DNA of 64,000 nt from Ginglymostoma cirratum (GCA_024137785.1 JAHRHZ010000058.1:15360883-15424882), one strand, 5' to 3'; positions 39,230-52,310 are shown, counted from the first letter of the stretch. Translations and numbers: made by a program. The notes: a model not told the origin generated them from the sequence alone.

Positions 39230-41060
39230 TCACATTTTCAACTTTTCCACTCCTGCTGCATTGTGTGCTCCTTGTCAATTTCCAGCATTGATGGTAGAAT
39301 CTTTACTTTTCAAGATCATAAACTCTGAACTCCCTCACTCAACCTCTCAACCTTACGAGATCTCTCTTTTGAGGCTCTTCAAAATCTACTCGTTCAATTC
39401 TACCTTTAGTCACCTTTCCAAACACTTGTTTGCTTGATCACTGTCCGCATCATCACTTCTCTTCCCAGCAACATCACCTTCATCTCCTTTTTCGTAAAAT
39501 ACCTTGGAGAATTTTTCAAAGTCAGAAGTACTACAAATCAAAAGTTGATGTCACCATGACCATGTAAAATACTCCTGAATCTTTCATCTACTGAAAACTG
39601 CTTCTTAAATTACTCTCCCCTGTTTCAAATAACTACACCTCCAATAGTAAGTGCGAGGAGTTCATGGACTTCTTTGTCACTAAGATTGTGACAATCTGAT
39701 CAACTTTTACATTTCCTCCCTTCCACCAGCCTACAAACCCAACCTTCCTTTATAGCTCCCTTTGCCCCAGCGCTGAATCTCATTTTTCTCTAGTTCCTCC
39801 ACAATATTCCCATGCCTTTTCTCAGTTCATATTGTCATTATAAGACACACCTCCCACTCTCCTTTTTCTCACCAAACTGCTGACTGCCCAACTTCCACTT
39901 TTGGACCCCATGTTGGCTGATATTATTCACAGTTCTGTCCACATACTGTCCCAATCTCCTTTAAAACTACTACAATCACCCATCTCCTTAAAAAAGCCCC
40001 AACCTTAATGTCCTTGCAATTACCATCCTATCTCCATTCACCACCCAACTCTTTCCAAACGCTTTGCTCCCATTTTTTTCGGAACAAAATATTTGAATCA
40101 GGTTTTCACCCTGCTACAGTATTGAAACAACTTTTATCAAAGTCCCAAATGACATCCTATGTGATTGTGACAAAGGTAAACTACCCCTCCTCTCTCTGTT
40201 GACCTGTCTGCAGTTTTTGACATGGTTAACCACACTGTCCTCCTCTAACTGTGTCTCCACCATCATCCAGCTGGGTAGTACTACATCCACCTGATACAAT
40301 TCTTATCCACCAAACTGCAGTAATTTGCAATGACTTCTTTTCCCCCTCCTACACCATTACCTCTTGTATTCCTCAAGGGTCCATCCATTGCCCCTCCTAT
40401 TTTTGTCTGTGCACTGCATTAATTTTCACAATTATGCTAATAACACCCAGCAGTACCTCACCACGAGGTGTAATGAATCTTTTTTTCTGTTGGTAAATTA
40501 TAAGATTGCGTATCCAACATTCAGTACTGGATGGCCAGAAATTTCCCCCAATTCAATCTTGGGAAGATCAAAGCCACTGTTTTCGGTTCTCAAACTCTAA
40601 ACTTAATTCCATAGCCAATAACTTTAACTTGCTCCCTGACCAAAGTCTGAGGCTAAACCAGACTGTTCATAACCTTGGTATCTTATTTATCCCTGCGTAA
40701 AGTTTCTGACCACATACTCCCAAGACCGCCTGTTTCCACTTCCACAACATCTCCCAACTTCACCCCTAACTTGGCTCATCTGCTGTTCACTCTCTCCCTC
40801 ATCCTCTGTTAGCTCCAGGCTTGACTATTCCAATATATCCCTGGCTGATCTCCCACATTCAATCCTCAGTGAATTCACTTCCTCAACCTTCTTCAATTCT
40901 TTACCTTGTCGTTCACTGTAAGATACACTTTGAAATCTGCCGCTAAATACACTTTTGACACTACACGGCTTGGTGTTTAAATATGCTTTGAAACACTTCT
41001 GTGAAGAACTTTGGGAAGTTTTATTACATTGCAGACACTACATAAATATAAGTTGTTTTT
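39230..41060 (+). mobile_element. L2 LINE RT and 3' fragments
   Basis: SNSKCEEFMDFFVTKI, ITHLLKK.P.L..L.NYHPIS, FESGFHP..S.ET..IKV.NDILCDCDKGKL..L.L.DLSAVFD, IPQGS. Confidence 0.75.
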
Positions 41061-41461
41061 GTTAAGTGAAAAGGAAGTGGTGAAGGTTGAGAATCTTCCA
41101 CTATGTTAGTTACAGAGCAATTGTAAACCAACTCTTGAAGGTTACAGTTTCCACAGACGTTGTTTGAGGTTTGATACCATGCTGAAGTAGTCTTAAAAAT
41201 GAGCCTTGATAGGATAATATACTGCAGGGATGAAATCACAGCCAATCCTGATCCCCTCCCAAGCCAACATCTACATAGCTATGTTTTCGAGTAGAATAAC
41301 TTGATAGAAACCAGAAGTGGGATTCCTGGTTGATATCAGTTGATCCAACGTGAGAGTCATCAAAATCCCAGTCTCCATAAAAAGCAAATATTGGTGTAAA
41401 TTTCAAGGCTGAAAATATTTTCAAGAACATTTGATCTTCAGATCATTTGAGGATACTTTTT

Positions 41462-41676
41462 TTACATAACTGGAATATTTCCTTCATGAGCCACTGGGTC
41501 CACGAAGAGCACAATATATGCACTGCAGAGTCTGGAACTGAGGTATGCAGGCCAGGAAGATTCCAGATGTTTTTTCTCTGCTGTATTAGCTTGCATTGAG
41601 AAGGAAAGGCTACAATTGGTCCATGAAGGGAAAATCAGTGAGGATCTTGTTTCTCCTAGCTGTTCAGCAGCCAATA
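41462..41676 (-). CDS. dmrtb1: Candidate terminal coding exon of dmrtb1 (uncertain)
   Basis: Phase-1 acceptor agtctttccag|TA is open for about 70 codons (VLAAEQLGETRSS...PVM*). An alternative phase-1 candidate lies at 42056-41881. No homology support. Confidence 0.25.
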
Positions 41677-42571
41677 CTGGAAAGACTGTATGTATTTATT
41701 ATCTGAGGTTATATTATAGTTAGCTGTGACATTCTTAAATTTGCGTACCCTGTTCATCCCAAAGTGAAGAATGATCATACGGTTGGAGAGACTATGCAGT
41801 ATTTGACATGTACAGATATACACCCTGGATTCACCTTCTGAAGGAGGTATTTGTTTTGTGCAGCACCACATAAGCCTTGTTTATTTCGAGAGACAGGACA
41901 ATATCATTGGACATCGCCTAAGAGCTTGAATGAGTTCATTCAGGAACTCAATATAGTTTGTGCAAACAATGTTGTCTGCCCCCAGAGAAATACATAGTTT
42001 GCTTGGACCAATTGATCTATGCTGCACATTCTCTTCCAGTGTCTTCATGAGAAGTTCTTAGAACATTGGAGGAAAAAGTAAGTCACTTTTTTGTATGGAT
42101 GTCAGAATAAAGGTAATTCCCCCTGTTTTATAGATGCCTTTACGTTTTTCATTAGTTAATATAGATTCTGATTGCTTATTGATCCTCAAGCATGCAAAAC
42201 AAGAAGTACATAACGCATTGACATGGATGGTTCCTGGTTCAATTCAATGCCTAAATTAGTTCTATTTAGATAGAGGTAGGTAGCTATACAATCAGTTGTA
42301 GCATCTCTTGGCTGACAACAGCAAAATCAGCCAAGATTCCTGTTCACTGCCCAGTTGGAAATTTCTATGTTTGGGAAGTCAGGTAACAAAGAACTGAATT
42401 TGCCTTATTTCCCTTCCTTGTTGGAAATACCTATGGATGCCTCCAGACTAGGTTCACACATGGATCGAGGCCACTTGGACAACAAGCATCCATGAAATCC
42501 CAGCAAACAGCCAATGCCTCAACGTCACTGGAGAAAATGAGAGGAGGAAAACTGAACAGAAACAAAAGCTA

Positions 42572-42733
42572 CAAAGACAAAGTTGCTAGAAAAGCTCAGC
42601 AGGCCTGGCAGCATGTGTGAAGAAAAAATAACTCTGATTTTTTTTCTTTACAGATGCTGCCAGACCTGCTGAACATTTCCAGAAACTTTGTTTTTGTTCC
42701 TGATTTACAGCATCTGCAGTTCTTTCGGTTTTT
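42572..42733. mobile_element. Palindromic Penelope-derived short insertion with a 14-bp TSD
   Basis: TSD agaaacaaaagcta at 42558-42571 and 42734-42747. Internal inverted arms (tcagcaggcctggcagcat / atgctgccagacctgctga). Confidence 0.7.
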
Positions 42734-42797
42734 AGAAACAAAAGCTAACATGCACGTATGTTTCTTAAATTGCTGTTGATATTTTCAACATTCTTAC

Positions 42798-42945
42798 CTG
42801 CAGTTACTTCAATTTCACCAGCAGCTTCACTGGCTCTTGGTGCCATGAGTGGGGGTATATAAGGAGGCCCTGAGAATAATCTTGAACCAAGAAATGGAGG
42901 TGGTGAGTAATAAGGTGAGTGCAGTCCACAACCATTATCTCGCAT
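42798..42945 (-). CDS. dmrtb1: dmrtb1 internal coding exon (Pro/Tyr-rich)
   Basis: Acceptor gcatttttggtag|ATG is phase 0 and matches the previous donor. Donor GCAG|GTAAGA is phase 1. Reads MRDNGCGLHSPYYSPPPFLGSRLFSGPPYIPPLMAP, resembling DMRTB1 PSYYLPPP...FLPPGYLSALHFLPP. Confidence 0.72.
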
Positions 42946-43720
42946 CTACCAAAAATGCAAACAAATTTGGATTATTGAAAGCAGCTCTCTGTGGAAATGC
43001 CAATGAACTAAATAGGATGTGGGCTTCATTCTGTATTCACCAGCACTGCAAAGTTATTGCAGCCACTGCTATTGAATAGAAATCTTCCTTCCCACTTCCA
43101 TCCTAAATATATGGGGCAGAATATTAGCAAACTATTTGTTCACATCTGTAACGAGTTCCAATCCAGCACAATACTAAACTGCCACAACAACACTTATTTG
43201 TCACTGTTAGCCAGGGATTGCTTATGTGAGGACTGGAAAATATTACATTATACTGGCATGGTAAGGGGTGCCTCACTCATATTGTGATTATTGTGCATTA
43301 TCAGGGTATTGTACGGGGAACTTTTAATTTGAATCTAGCTTGCTGCTGTGGTTAATTTGATCATTTTCAATGGTGACACTAGATCCGCAAGGTGGAAGCA
43401 TATTCCGTTTCCTACATTTGTATCCTTCAGCTGATCAGTACAAAATAAAAGTGTGACTTAGACTTGCTTTGTATGCTTTCTGAGGTATTATATAAATTAA
43501 ACAGTAGATTTCAATATGGCCAGAATTATATTAAAGTAGTTGTGAAAAGAGGCATGTCAAGGTATCTTGTGAAGACAGAGACAGAAGTTGTCTGATATAA
43601 CGAATCTGCAATTTGTCATGTCTCACTTCATAGAAGACCTATTTTTATTATTTCTTTTTGGGGCTTTGGTCACTTTAGTTTGCCTTTTGTTTGCTGGCCA
43701 AATGTTTGGTGTTGACTAAG

Positions 43721-43825
43721 CAGTAACAAAGTACTCTAGCAGTACCTTTTACCTCAGTAACAAAGTANNNNNNNNNNGTAACAAAGTACTCTAGCAGCAC
43801 CTTTTACCTCAGTAACAAAGTACTA
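43721..43825. repeat. 34-bp tandem repeat spanning a 10-N assembly gap (43768-43777)
   Basis: Unit cagtaacaaagtactctagcagtaccttttacct is present on both sides of the Ns. Confidence 0.85.
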
Positions 43826-43859
43826 TTATTTTTAATTTTTTTCTCTGTAAAAACTCAAA

Positions 43860-46800
43860 AGGCAGAATCTTATACGTGCCTAAATGATATGGACTACATC
43901 AAGAAATATGGCAGAATTATGTGAGAAGTCCGCACGCCCTATCTCTACATCAAAAGCAACTTGCTGCATCTTTTAAGCAAGTTCCAGGCGTCAAAGTGAG
44001 ATTCTTGTGAAGGAGCAGTGAGCTGCCTACTAAGGAGGATTACTGCTTATTAACAACCTCATTCATGCACATCACACCTCATTGATATATAGCTTCCCAT
44101 TTTACCACTTGCTGTGAGCAAACTAGGCACTGAGAATTCTCAACATGGAAATCAAAGTAGGGACCTGGCGACTTCAGCTCACCACTTGCTCCGAAGGACC
44201 TCCATGTTGGTCAGCACAAAACAGTACCTTAGGACACAATCCGTGTGCACAAACTGCATGTACGCCTCCTCCAGACAGTGGCATTCAATATTTGCCAACC
44301 CCTAAGAACCGACATGCCATCTCCCCAATGTACTTGCAGGACACTTGGAAAGTATAGACCTGCACTGCAAGGCGCAGTAGCAACTAACATCAGAAGGCTG
44401 CTCAAAGACACTTTGCATGAAAGGACAGCTCACAGATTAGACCAGATTGCATCTCAGGGCTGCTTCCTTGTTCTCTTAGCATTCACTCACAGTATTCCTG
44501 CCTGGCTGTGCCAATTAATGCAATCACACAGCCAGGCAGCTTGTCTTGCTGGTCAGCAGTCCCCAGTCAAGGGCAGTAAGTATATCTTACTGTACAATGG
44601 TGAGCTATGTCAATCTCATACCTGCACCATGTGCCAACAGCTCATGTGGTAAACACACTGCAACAAGCAAGCAGCCATATCTCAACATTTTAGGGGTGTA
44701 ATCCTCACCAACATCCATGGAGGCACCTGTAAGTCAGGGATCCTGGCACAGGAACTCAAGAGCAGCCTCCAATACCAGTCCAGTGGATGATCAGGGCTTC
44801 ACCATCACGCTGAGGTGGAAACAGGAAATCACTCAATGAAGACTGTCTGTTGTCACCTTTTATCGTGCAGAAAATCAAAACTACACAATGATAAAGAAAA
44901 TGGCTGTGACGGGCTCAGTGTTTGGACCTGTGAGGAAGGGATCTACACAACTCATCAATGTTAGGTATTTCAGAGGACAGTATTTCAAATCCCATGCACT
45001 ACATGTGAATCAGATCTGCAGCGTCCCTAATCCATGGTGATTCGCTCCCTCTGTGCTGTATACTCCCTGCCCTATGCATCGCTGACCGTTTCACTCACAC
45101 CAACAGTTTTGCAAACAGAGGCCATGGAGAGAATAGGTATGCTTAACCAGGAGAGGCAATGGTGCCAGCAGAACTCATTGTCCTGTATACCCCTTGCTCA
45201 TCTTTCCACGTGCTGCAGCATGCTCTCAACATTGACATCAATCCATGGTACACCCTGCATGTTGATCAAGGTAAGGAACATGCTGGCACAGTTACATTTA
45301 GAGTTACACAGAGACTCAAATAAACAGATGTAATGTAAAATGAATAAAATATATCCAAATGTGATAGTTTATTTACACTGCGCTGTCACTCATGCAACCC
45401 AAATGTAATTTTTCTTTCTTTCCCTCCTATCATATTTTAGTTTTGTCCCAGGTTCTGCAGTTGGGCTTGGCACTGGACCCCACTGGCCCTGGAGTTTTGG
45501 TTGTGACCACAGGGATTGTTGCTGTGTGAATGGCCAGACATGTTGAGGGTCTTCTTGCCAGAAGCAGGTGGACCCTCCTTGGCTTGTACAAACATGGGTT
45601 GGAGGGAGTCAGGTACTGTGGAGGTATAATGCTCAGCCACTTCTGGACTGTCCAGAGTCTAGATTTCTGAGCAGCCTGTCTGTGATTCTTCCTCTGGTTG
45701 GGTGCCCCTGCCCTGTCTCCCTGTGAGATATGGGCACCTGAGTGTTCAGCAGGTTCCTCATCACCTTGTCACCATTCCTTTTATCTTGAAGACCAATGGC
45801 CTGAGCAATAGAGTGTGGATGTATGTGCCTCTACAGCACACTCTAACAGTGCTGCATCTGGCTCTCCTTGCCAGCTGCCAACCTGTCCGTGGAAGCTGAC
45901 AGGTGATCACATGCTTGAGGCAACTGGGTCCCCATTGTGAAGCTGTGCCCCTGGACTATGTGGGCTATTGCCTCCCACATCCCTGTCTGCTGTTTCTATT
46001 CCTTCCTGTGCATGTGGATCAAGTCCCTGATTGCCAACACCACAAGGCCCTCTCTTCCCTGGTCTCTGGTGTACCTCCAACTGGAGTATATCTTCCTCAG
46101 CAAGCTGTGAAGCTATCACAGTGAGATGCTCACCAGACTGTGCTCCCAAATTTTCAAAGCGTGACATTCCCACTGAGCTGTCAGTACCTGAGCTGGTGGG
46201 GCTGCAGGAGACAACCTTGCCAATTCTTCCTTTGTGGCCTCAGTACTCTCATCCTCAGAAATCAAAGAAATGACTTCTAGTGGAGCAGGCCATTTCTCCA
46301 CTAGGGGTGCCCGAAAGAGACAAAGGAGAGAAAGTAGAGTCGCCAATGGTTAGAAGTGGTGTGCAATGAATGACACTGAGAGCAGTGTTACTATGAGAGT
46401 TTCAATGAAATGAAGAACGATACTTATCCCATTGGCAGGACATTGATGTCTCTGTATCCCTGCAGGAGTGATTCCAATCCTATTGAGTGAGGGACAGGAT
46501 TCTCCCCTCATAATGGGTAAAAAGCCTGGTATTGGGCAACCCTTCACCAGTCTGGGCCCTTTCTGTCCCGTTGTGGGCTATCTTCTCCTGGAATGAGAGA
46601 AAGGGAGAGATTGAGTGAACTGAAAATAGGCAGCAGCTGTAAGTGTTGTTGGAGGTGGTCAAAAGTAGTGAGACGTTTAGGCTATTGGGTAGGCACCATA
46701 GACCATGTAAGATTAATGGTCTGGAAGGTTTTTGGGGGTCAAATGAGAGTGAGTGAGGGAAGATGCTGAAGGTAAAAGCGAGAGTGGTAGAGTATGAGCC

Positions 46801-47095
46801 TTTATGGGAGATTGGTGCAATAGCATTGACAGTGAATGTAAAGGACCATAGAAAACAATGTGGTACCCTGGCGGAATGCAGAAGGTCACTGAAGTAGAGG
46901 CGTTTTTACAATCCCTTTTGGTCCTGATAACGTTACCAAAATCTCATGATCCATCACGACCTGGAATTTCACATCCTTATGTAACTGCTACCACTTCCTA
47001 CTGTAGAGTTGTATACCTCTGTTTCATTTCCATAAAACTCTTGATGTAAAACGTGCTGGTTCTCTCAATTCACCAGTTTGCACTTGGAGAAGTTC
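43860..47095. mobile_element. Degenerate PIF/Harbinger DNA transposon (transposase remnant on +, convergent Myb/SANT-like ORF on -)
   Basis: Minus strand reads EKIAHNGTERAQTGEGLPNTRLFTHYEGRILSLT, resembling the Harbinger Myb/SANT partner motif N.RER..TGGG. The + strand has a transposase N-terminal-like RLRLLQTV..ICQ.L segment. Confidence 0.55.
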
Positions 47096-47099
47096 CGCT

Positions 47100-47472
47100 C
47101 CGCAGCCACAGTCACTATAGAGAATGCCTTGATTGTTTTGGGGACATGGGTTTGAATCCTGCCATGGCAAATGGTGAAATTTCAATTTTTCTTTTATAAA
47201 AATCTGGAATTAATAATCTACTGATGACCATGAAACCATTGCTGATTGTCAGAAAAGATCATCTGGCTCACGAATATCCTACAGGGAAGGTAAACTACCT
47301 TCCTCATCTGGTCTGGCCTACACATGATACCAGATCCACAACAATGTGGTTGACTGTCAGATGCCCTCTGAAATAACCTATCAAGCCATTCAGTTCAAGG
47401 CAGTTAGGGACAAGCAATAAATGCTGGTCAGCCAGCAATGCACATGTACCACAAGGGAATATATAAAAAAGA
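47100..47472 (+). mobile_element. tRNA-derived SINE
   Basis: gggtttgaatcctgccatggcaaatggtgaaattt...caataaatgctggtcagcc, followed by an A-rich tail. Confidence 0.75.
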
Positions 47473-47849
47473 GCTAAAATATCAGTGGAAAGTAGCTTCT
47501 TTTTCATTATCTAATAATTTGCAATCTGTTCCTGACTCCAATATCATTGCTAGTCTTTCTTCTATTGCTCTATTGAGTTGAGTAAAACTGGCTAAGTTAG
47601 GGATAAACTTTCCCATTTGATTCACCATTCCTAAGAAGCACAATGATGGAGATTCACTGGTTTGTATCTTCTTGGACCAGCATGATGCCTTGTTCTTGGA
47701 TTATGTGTCCTAGAAAGGTAATTGTTGTTCTCAAGAATTGGAATTTCTTATTTCGTCTAAGTCCTATATTTTGCAATGCTGTTAACACTTCCTTGACTTT
47801 CTAGTCATGTTCCTTCTTCCTTTCACCATGCACTAGGATATTATCTATA

Positions 47850-48208
47850 TTTTTTTTCTTCTTTATTCGTTCATGGGATGAGGCTGTCACTGGCTAAGCA
47901 ACATTTACTGCCCATGCCTAATTGCATAGTGGGCAGTCAAGAGGCAATTACACTGCTGTAGGTCTGCAGTCACATATAGGCCAGACCAGGTAAGGATGGC
48001 AGGTTCCTTCCCTAAAGGACATTAGTGAACCAGATGGGTTTTTCTGACAATCAACAATGGATTCAGGGTCATCATTAGATTCTTAATTTCAGATATTTAT
48101 TGAATTCAAATTCCACCATCTGCCATGGTGGGATTCAAACCCAGGTCCCCAGAACGTTATCTGGGTCTCTGGATTAACAGTCCAACAATAATACCACTAG
48201 GCCAGCGC
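47850..48208 (-). mobile_element. tRNA-derived SINE, inverted relative to 47100-47472
   Basis: Reverse-complement homolog of 47100-47472, with an intact head (tggcctagtggtattattgttggactg...gggtttgaatcccaccatggcag). Confidence 0.8.
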
Positions 48209-48316
48209 CTCTGCAATTTTAATGTTCTCCATTCCCTTCCAGAATTATTGACATTCATCTTTAGAAAATCTCTGATGCAGAGGTTGAAGCAATACTGCTC
48301 AAATGGTGTAATGAAT

Positions 48317-48506
48317 CTATGATGTGGAGGTGCCAGTGTTGGATTCGGATGGACAACATCAGAAGTCACACGACACCAGGTTATAATCCTACAGGTTCAT
48401 TTGAAATCACAAGCTTTCAGAGTGTGGCTCCTTCGTCGCGTGAAGGGGTAATGCTTCGAAAGCTTGTGATTTCAAATAAACCTGTAGGACTATAACCTGG
48501 TGTCGT
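48317..48506. mobile_element. Palindromic Penelope-type terminal element inserted in the Gypsy RT
   Basis: About 48-bp inverted arms at 48370-48417 and 48459-48506. Target duplication gtaatgaat at 48308-48316 and 48505-48513. Confidence 0.7.
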
Positions 48507-50559
48507 AATGAATATAGTCAGCAATCTTGACTCTTGGTCTAGAGGTGTGTGCCAGAACCACCTGTTCACTTGCAATTTCGTAAGAAACTTGCTTGTTGCT
48601 AATTTGGCCAAACTATCATCAGTTGACAAAATAGGATTGATTTTTCTTCCACCTCCTTTAACTGAGTGATAGCCACGTAGAACTTTGGTTCTCTATTTAG
48701 CTTGGGAACAGTTAGTAGCCCTGACCATCACTGTGACATTTGCATCACTGGCAGTATGATGCTACTTTAGAACATGCTGTGAAACAGAGTTTTAACGTTC
48801 CCATCAGAGGATAAGGACTTTTTCTGGGAGTGGGAAAGCAGATGGGCTTAGCATTGTCTTGCAGAATATACGATACTCCAGCTTCAGTTTTCCTAGGCCT
48901 CTGAATAGCTTAAGAATTTCTTGTCAGAATTCTCTCACATTTTCATTCTGGAGAGCTGTATCCACATTCTCACGTAAGAGACCTAGTCAAATACAATATT
49001 TCTGTTCAATAATGGCATATTCTGATTCTTCAGTAAATAGAATGTTTCACTAACATCTCATATTTTGTGATTAAGTTTTATGATGCTTTGAACACACAGC
49101 TGAAGATCTGTGCCTCCTGAATCTTGCAGTTTTGTTATCTGATCTGACTCTTACAGACTTCAACCATGGAAAGCTGTCTGCAAATATTGAAACAGCTGCT
49201 CCCGTGTCAAATGTAAATTGTTTCAAACCCTTACACCTTCAAGTTGATGGTCTGGAATCCTCGACTTCACCTTAGAATGTTGTCTTACCTGTTATTCTTC
49301 ATCACTAATTTCTTCACTTTTTTCCTTGTATTGATTTCTATTTTCTTGGGAATTTTTCTCTTGCAGGACTTTTCCTTAGTTTCTGTGGTGATGAAGATGC
49401 TGCTATCCTGCAGTACTTTTAGTCTAACCGATCACATTTACAGAACCTCAGCTCCCTCTGCTGGGCATTCATTGTGTTACTATTCTGTTTCAACCCACAT
49501 CTTCTAAAAAATTAATATGGCTAATGTTGATTCACACTTTTTTTGGCAGGCTTTCAGAAAGGTCGACCTATCTGACTGTGTTAGAAGAAATCAGATGTTT
49601 CATCACAGAAGTGATCAGTATTGGGTCTTGATTTCCAGCTGCTTGGTCAATTAACTTGCCTATTCAACATTAGATCTTTGGACTGGACAAGGTCTGAGAA
49701 CTTTTTATCTCTCGTACAATCTCTAATTAATTCACTCTTTAATGTTCCTTACCTGCAACATCCTGCTAAATGTTGTAAGTCCATTGAAAAGGCCTCTATT
49801 CTTCCAGTTCCCGAGGTTACTGATTGTATCTTGCCCTCTTTAAAACTAAATTTCTTTTCGGGCTAAAGTGGCATCAAATGTTTTAATCAATGTGCCATAC
49901 TCTGTAATACCTTTGTCCATGTTTTGTCTTACCATGGCATCATCAACTATTGGACCCAAATATATAAAAACGAGTTGACTAGGTGTTGCTTATCCTTTTC
50001 AGACAAGCCTGATGCAATTCAGTAGTGTTGAAACTGCTGCTTTCAGAACTCCTACTCTGTATTCAATGGGGCTGTTCTTGTTTTTAATGGCTATTGCATT
50101 TTGGTTTTCTTTTCTTTTCGTCAGTGTTGTGTTTCAATGTTTTAACATTCTAGAGTGCTGCCTGTTTGTGGCTGAGCTTTGAAGTCCTCTTGCATTCTTT
50201 TTCTGCTCTTCAGTGTCTTCATGATCTGTGGCCCTGTGTTCAAAGTCTTCTGAGTTTCTTTTGAGGTCTCCCTTGCTGTCACCATGCTTTATTCTATGCT
50301 TTAAAATACTGCTAGCATAGTAAGACACTTCTCCTTATTTTTCTGGGCTGTAGGTTTTTATAAATGCACATTACCTCATGCTGTTGGCTCCTTATCCTTG
50401 TGTGATACTCTTCCTCTCCTGATGTAGAGAAAGGAGAACCACCAGCAGAGACACAGATGCAGAGACACATCCAGGAGAAAGCAGTTTAAACAGAGAGGGA
50501 ACCACCAGTAGAAACACATCTCCACATTTCCAACTGCAAAGCACCCAAGCAGAAAGAAC

Positions 50560-52310
50560 AATTGAGGTAAGACATTAGAGGACAGCAGGTACGCGATTGG
50601 CTGGTCAGTATTTGTCATTTCACTCTTATCTAAACTAGGAAATATCAATCAGGGTCATTATTAAAATATTAAGCAGTTATAATAACTAACAAGTGAGCAA
50701 CTGGTGAATACTAACACTTTTTCCTTTTTTGTTATTAAGTAAGATTCAATTCCACAAGTGTGGTAAGTATTAAAATACTTGAAGTTGTAAAATGTAAATC
50801 TTCTCAACTCTTAAATATCAGATCACCTAACTGGAATTTTGAACGTCAAGTCACTTTCTAAGGTTTAAAATTGTATAGGAACTGGTGGTAAGATAAAGAA
50901 AATATGGAAAAAAATGGAAAATAAAGAAACATGTGAAGCCATTCAGTGGTTAATTTAACAAAAAACTCAGGACAGCAGTGTAGGTGATTACGGTATGAGG
51001 GAGTTCCTGGACAGGGACCATGGAAAACATGCTTGCAATAAGTGTTTACAGCTCAAGTGACTTTGGCTCAGTTTATAAGTTGAGGGCCAAACTGCAGACA
51101 CTACAAAACATCAGGGAGGGGGGGGAAATTACCAAGTGGTTCACTCTCTGCAAGACACGGTTTCCTTGTTTAGCCATTGGTCAGGGAAAGAAGGATGTGA
51201 CTGAATAAAGTGAGTAAGGGGACCCAGAGGAAAGGTCTTAGAATGTTTTCAGGATAGTTTCTGGAGCCAATCAGGGATCAAGTTATCCTGAACATTGTAC
51301 TGTGAAGTGAGGTTCATAACCTCAAAAAAGTGCCCCTGGGAGATAGCGGTGATAACATGATTGAATTTTGTGTTTAGTTTCAGGAAGAGAAGTGTGCGTC
51401 TAAGACAAGTATTTTAGAGTTAAATAGGGGCAATTAGGAGGGAATGAAAGCAGAACTAGCTGAAATGAACTTGCAAAAAAGAGTAGGGAGTAGATCAACA
51501 AAATGCAGTGGCAGACAGTTAATAGGATATTTCAAAACACACACAATAGATATATTCAAACAAGAAAGAAAAAATTCCAAGGGGACGAACCAACATTTGT
51601 GGTTAACTATGCAAGTTGAGATAGTATCAAGCTGAATGAAAAATCATATAATTATGCAACGGTTGCAGGGGGACAAGTCTAGAAGACTGGAAAGAATGCA
51701 GAAAACAGTGAAGAATGGCTAAAATAAAGAGAGAAAAAATAGAGTACAGGAGAATGCTAGATAGAAATATGAAAATGAATATTAAGACTCTAGATATTTA
51801 AAGACAAAAGGAGTTAACAAAATGTGCAGTGGGCCTATAAAAAGTGAGACTGGATAGTTAATAACAGGAAATGAAATGGCGAATGAATTGTAAAGGTATT
51901 TTGCATCAGTCTTCACAATAGGGACATAAGTAACATCCCAGAAATTGCTGTAAATCAGGAAATAGAAAGTAGAGCGAACTCAAGGAAAATACAATCACTG
52001 TGGAAGGGATACTGAACAAATTGCTGAAGGTACCAGTCGACTCGTTCCCGATCCTGATGGATTACTAGTTAGTAAGACAGTTAATGCTTGACTTTTAATT
52101 TTCCAAAATTCTCTAGATTCAAGGAAGGTTCCATTCCAAATTAGCAAATTTAGCTCCTTTATTCAAAAAGGGAGAGAGGCAGAAAGCAGGTAGCTAAGTA
52201 TTATCACGTACATGGCAGGGCACTTAGAAAAGTTCAACATAATCAGTTTTCTGAAAGGGAAATCACAGTTGGCTCCTCACTCTAATTGTTCCTAATTTCT
52301 ATTTGTATTC
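50560..52310 (+). mobile_element. Degenerate, internally deleted CR1 LINE
   Basis: ORF1-like N-terminal segment and ORF2 linker/RT remnants similar to 32400-33450. Confidence 0.6.

Larger units (their letters stand above)
47480..50150 (-). mobile_element. Degenerate Gypsy LTR retrotransposon (gag, protease, RT) inside the dmrtb1 intron
   Basis: Protease QFTFDTGAAVSI at about 49190-49225. RT reads SLAKLATSKFLTKL...FWHTPLDQESRLLTIFIT|TPFEQYCFN. Interrupted by a SINE and a palindromic element. Confidence 0.75.

Noticed and set aside
41236-41430. ORF MFLKIFSALKFTPIFAFYGDWDFDDSHVG... as a separate gene
   Set aside because: Short, no recognised homology and no supported splice partners. More likely dmrtb1 3' region.
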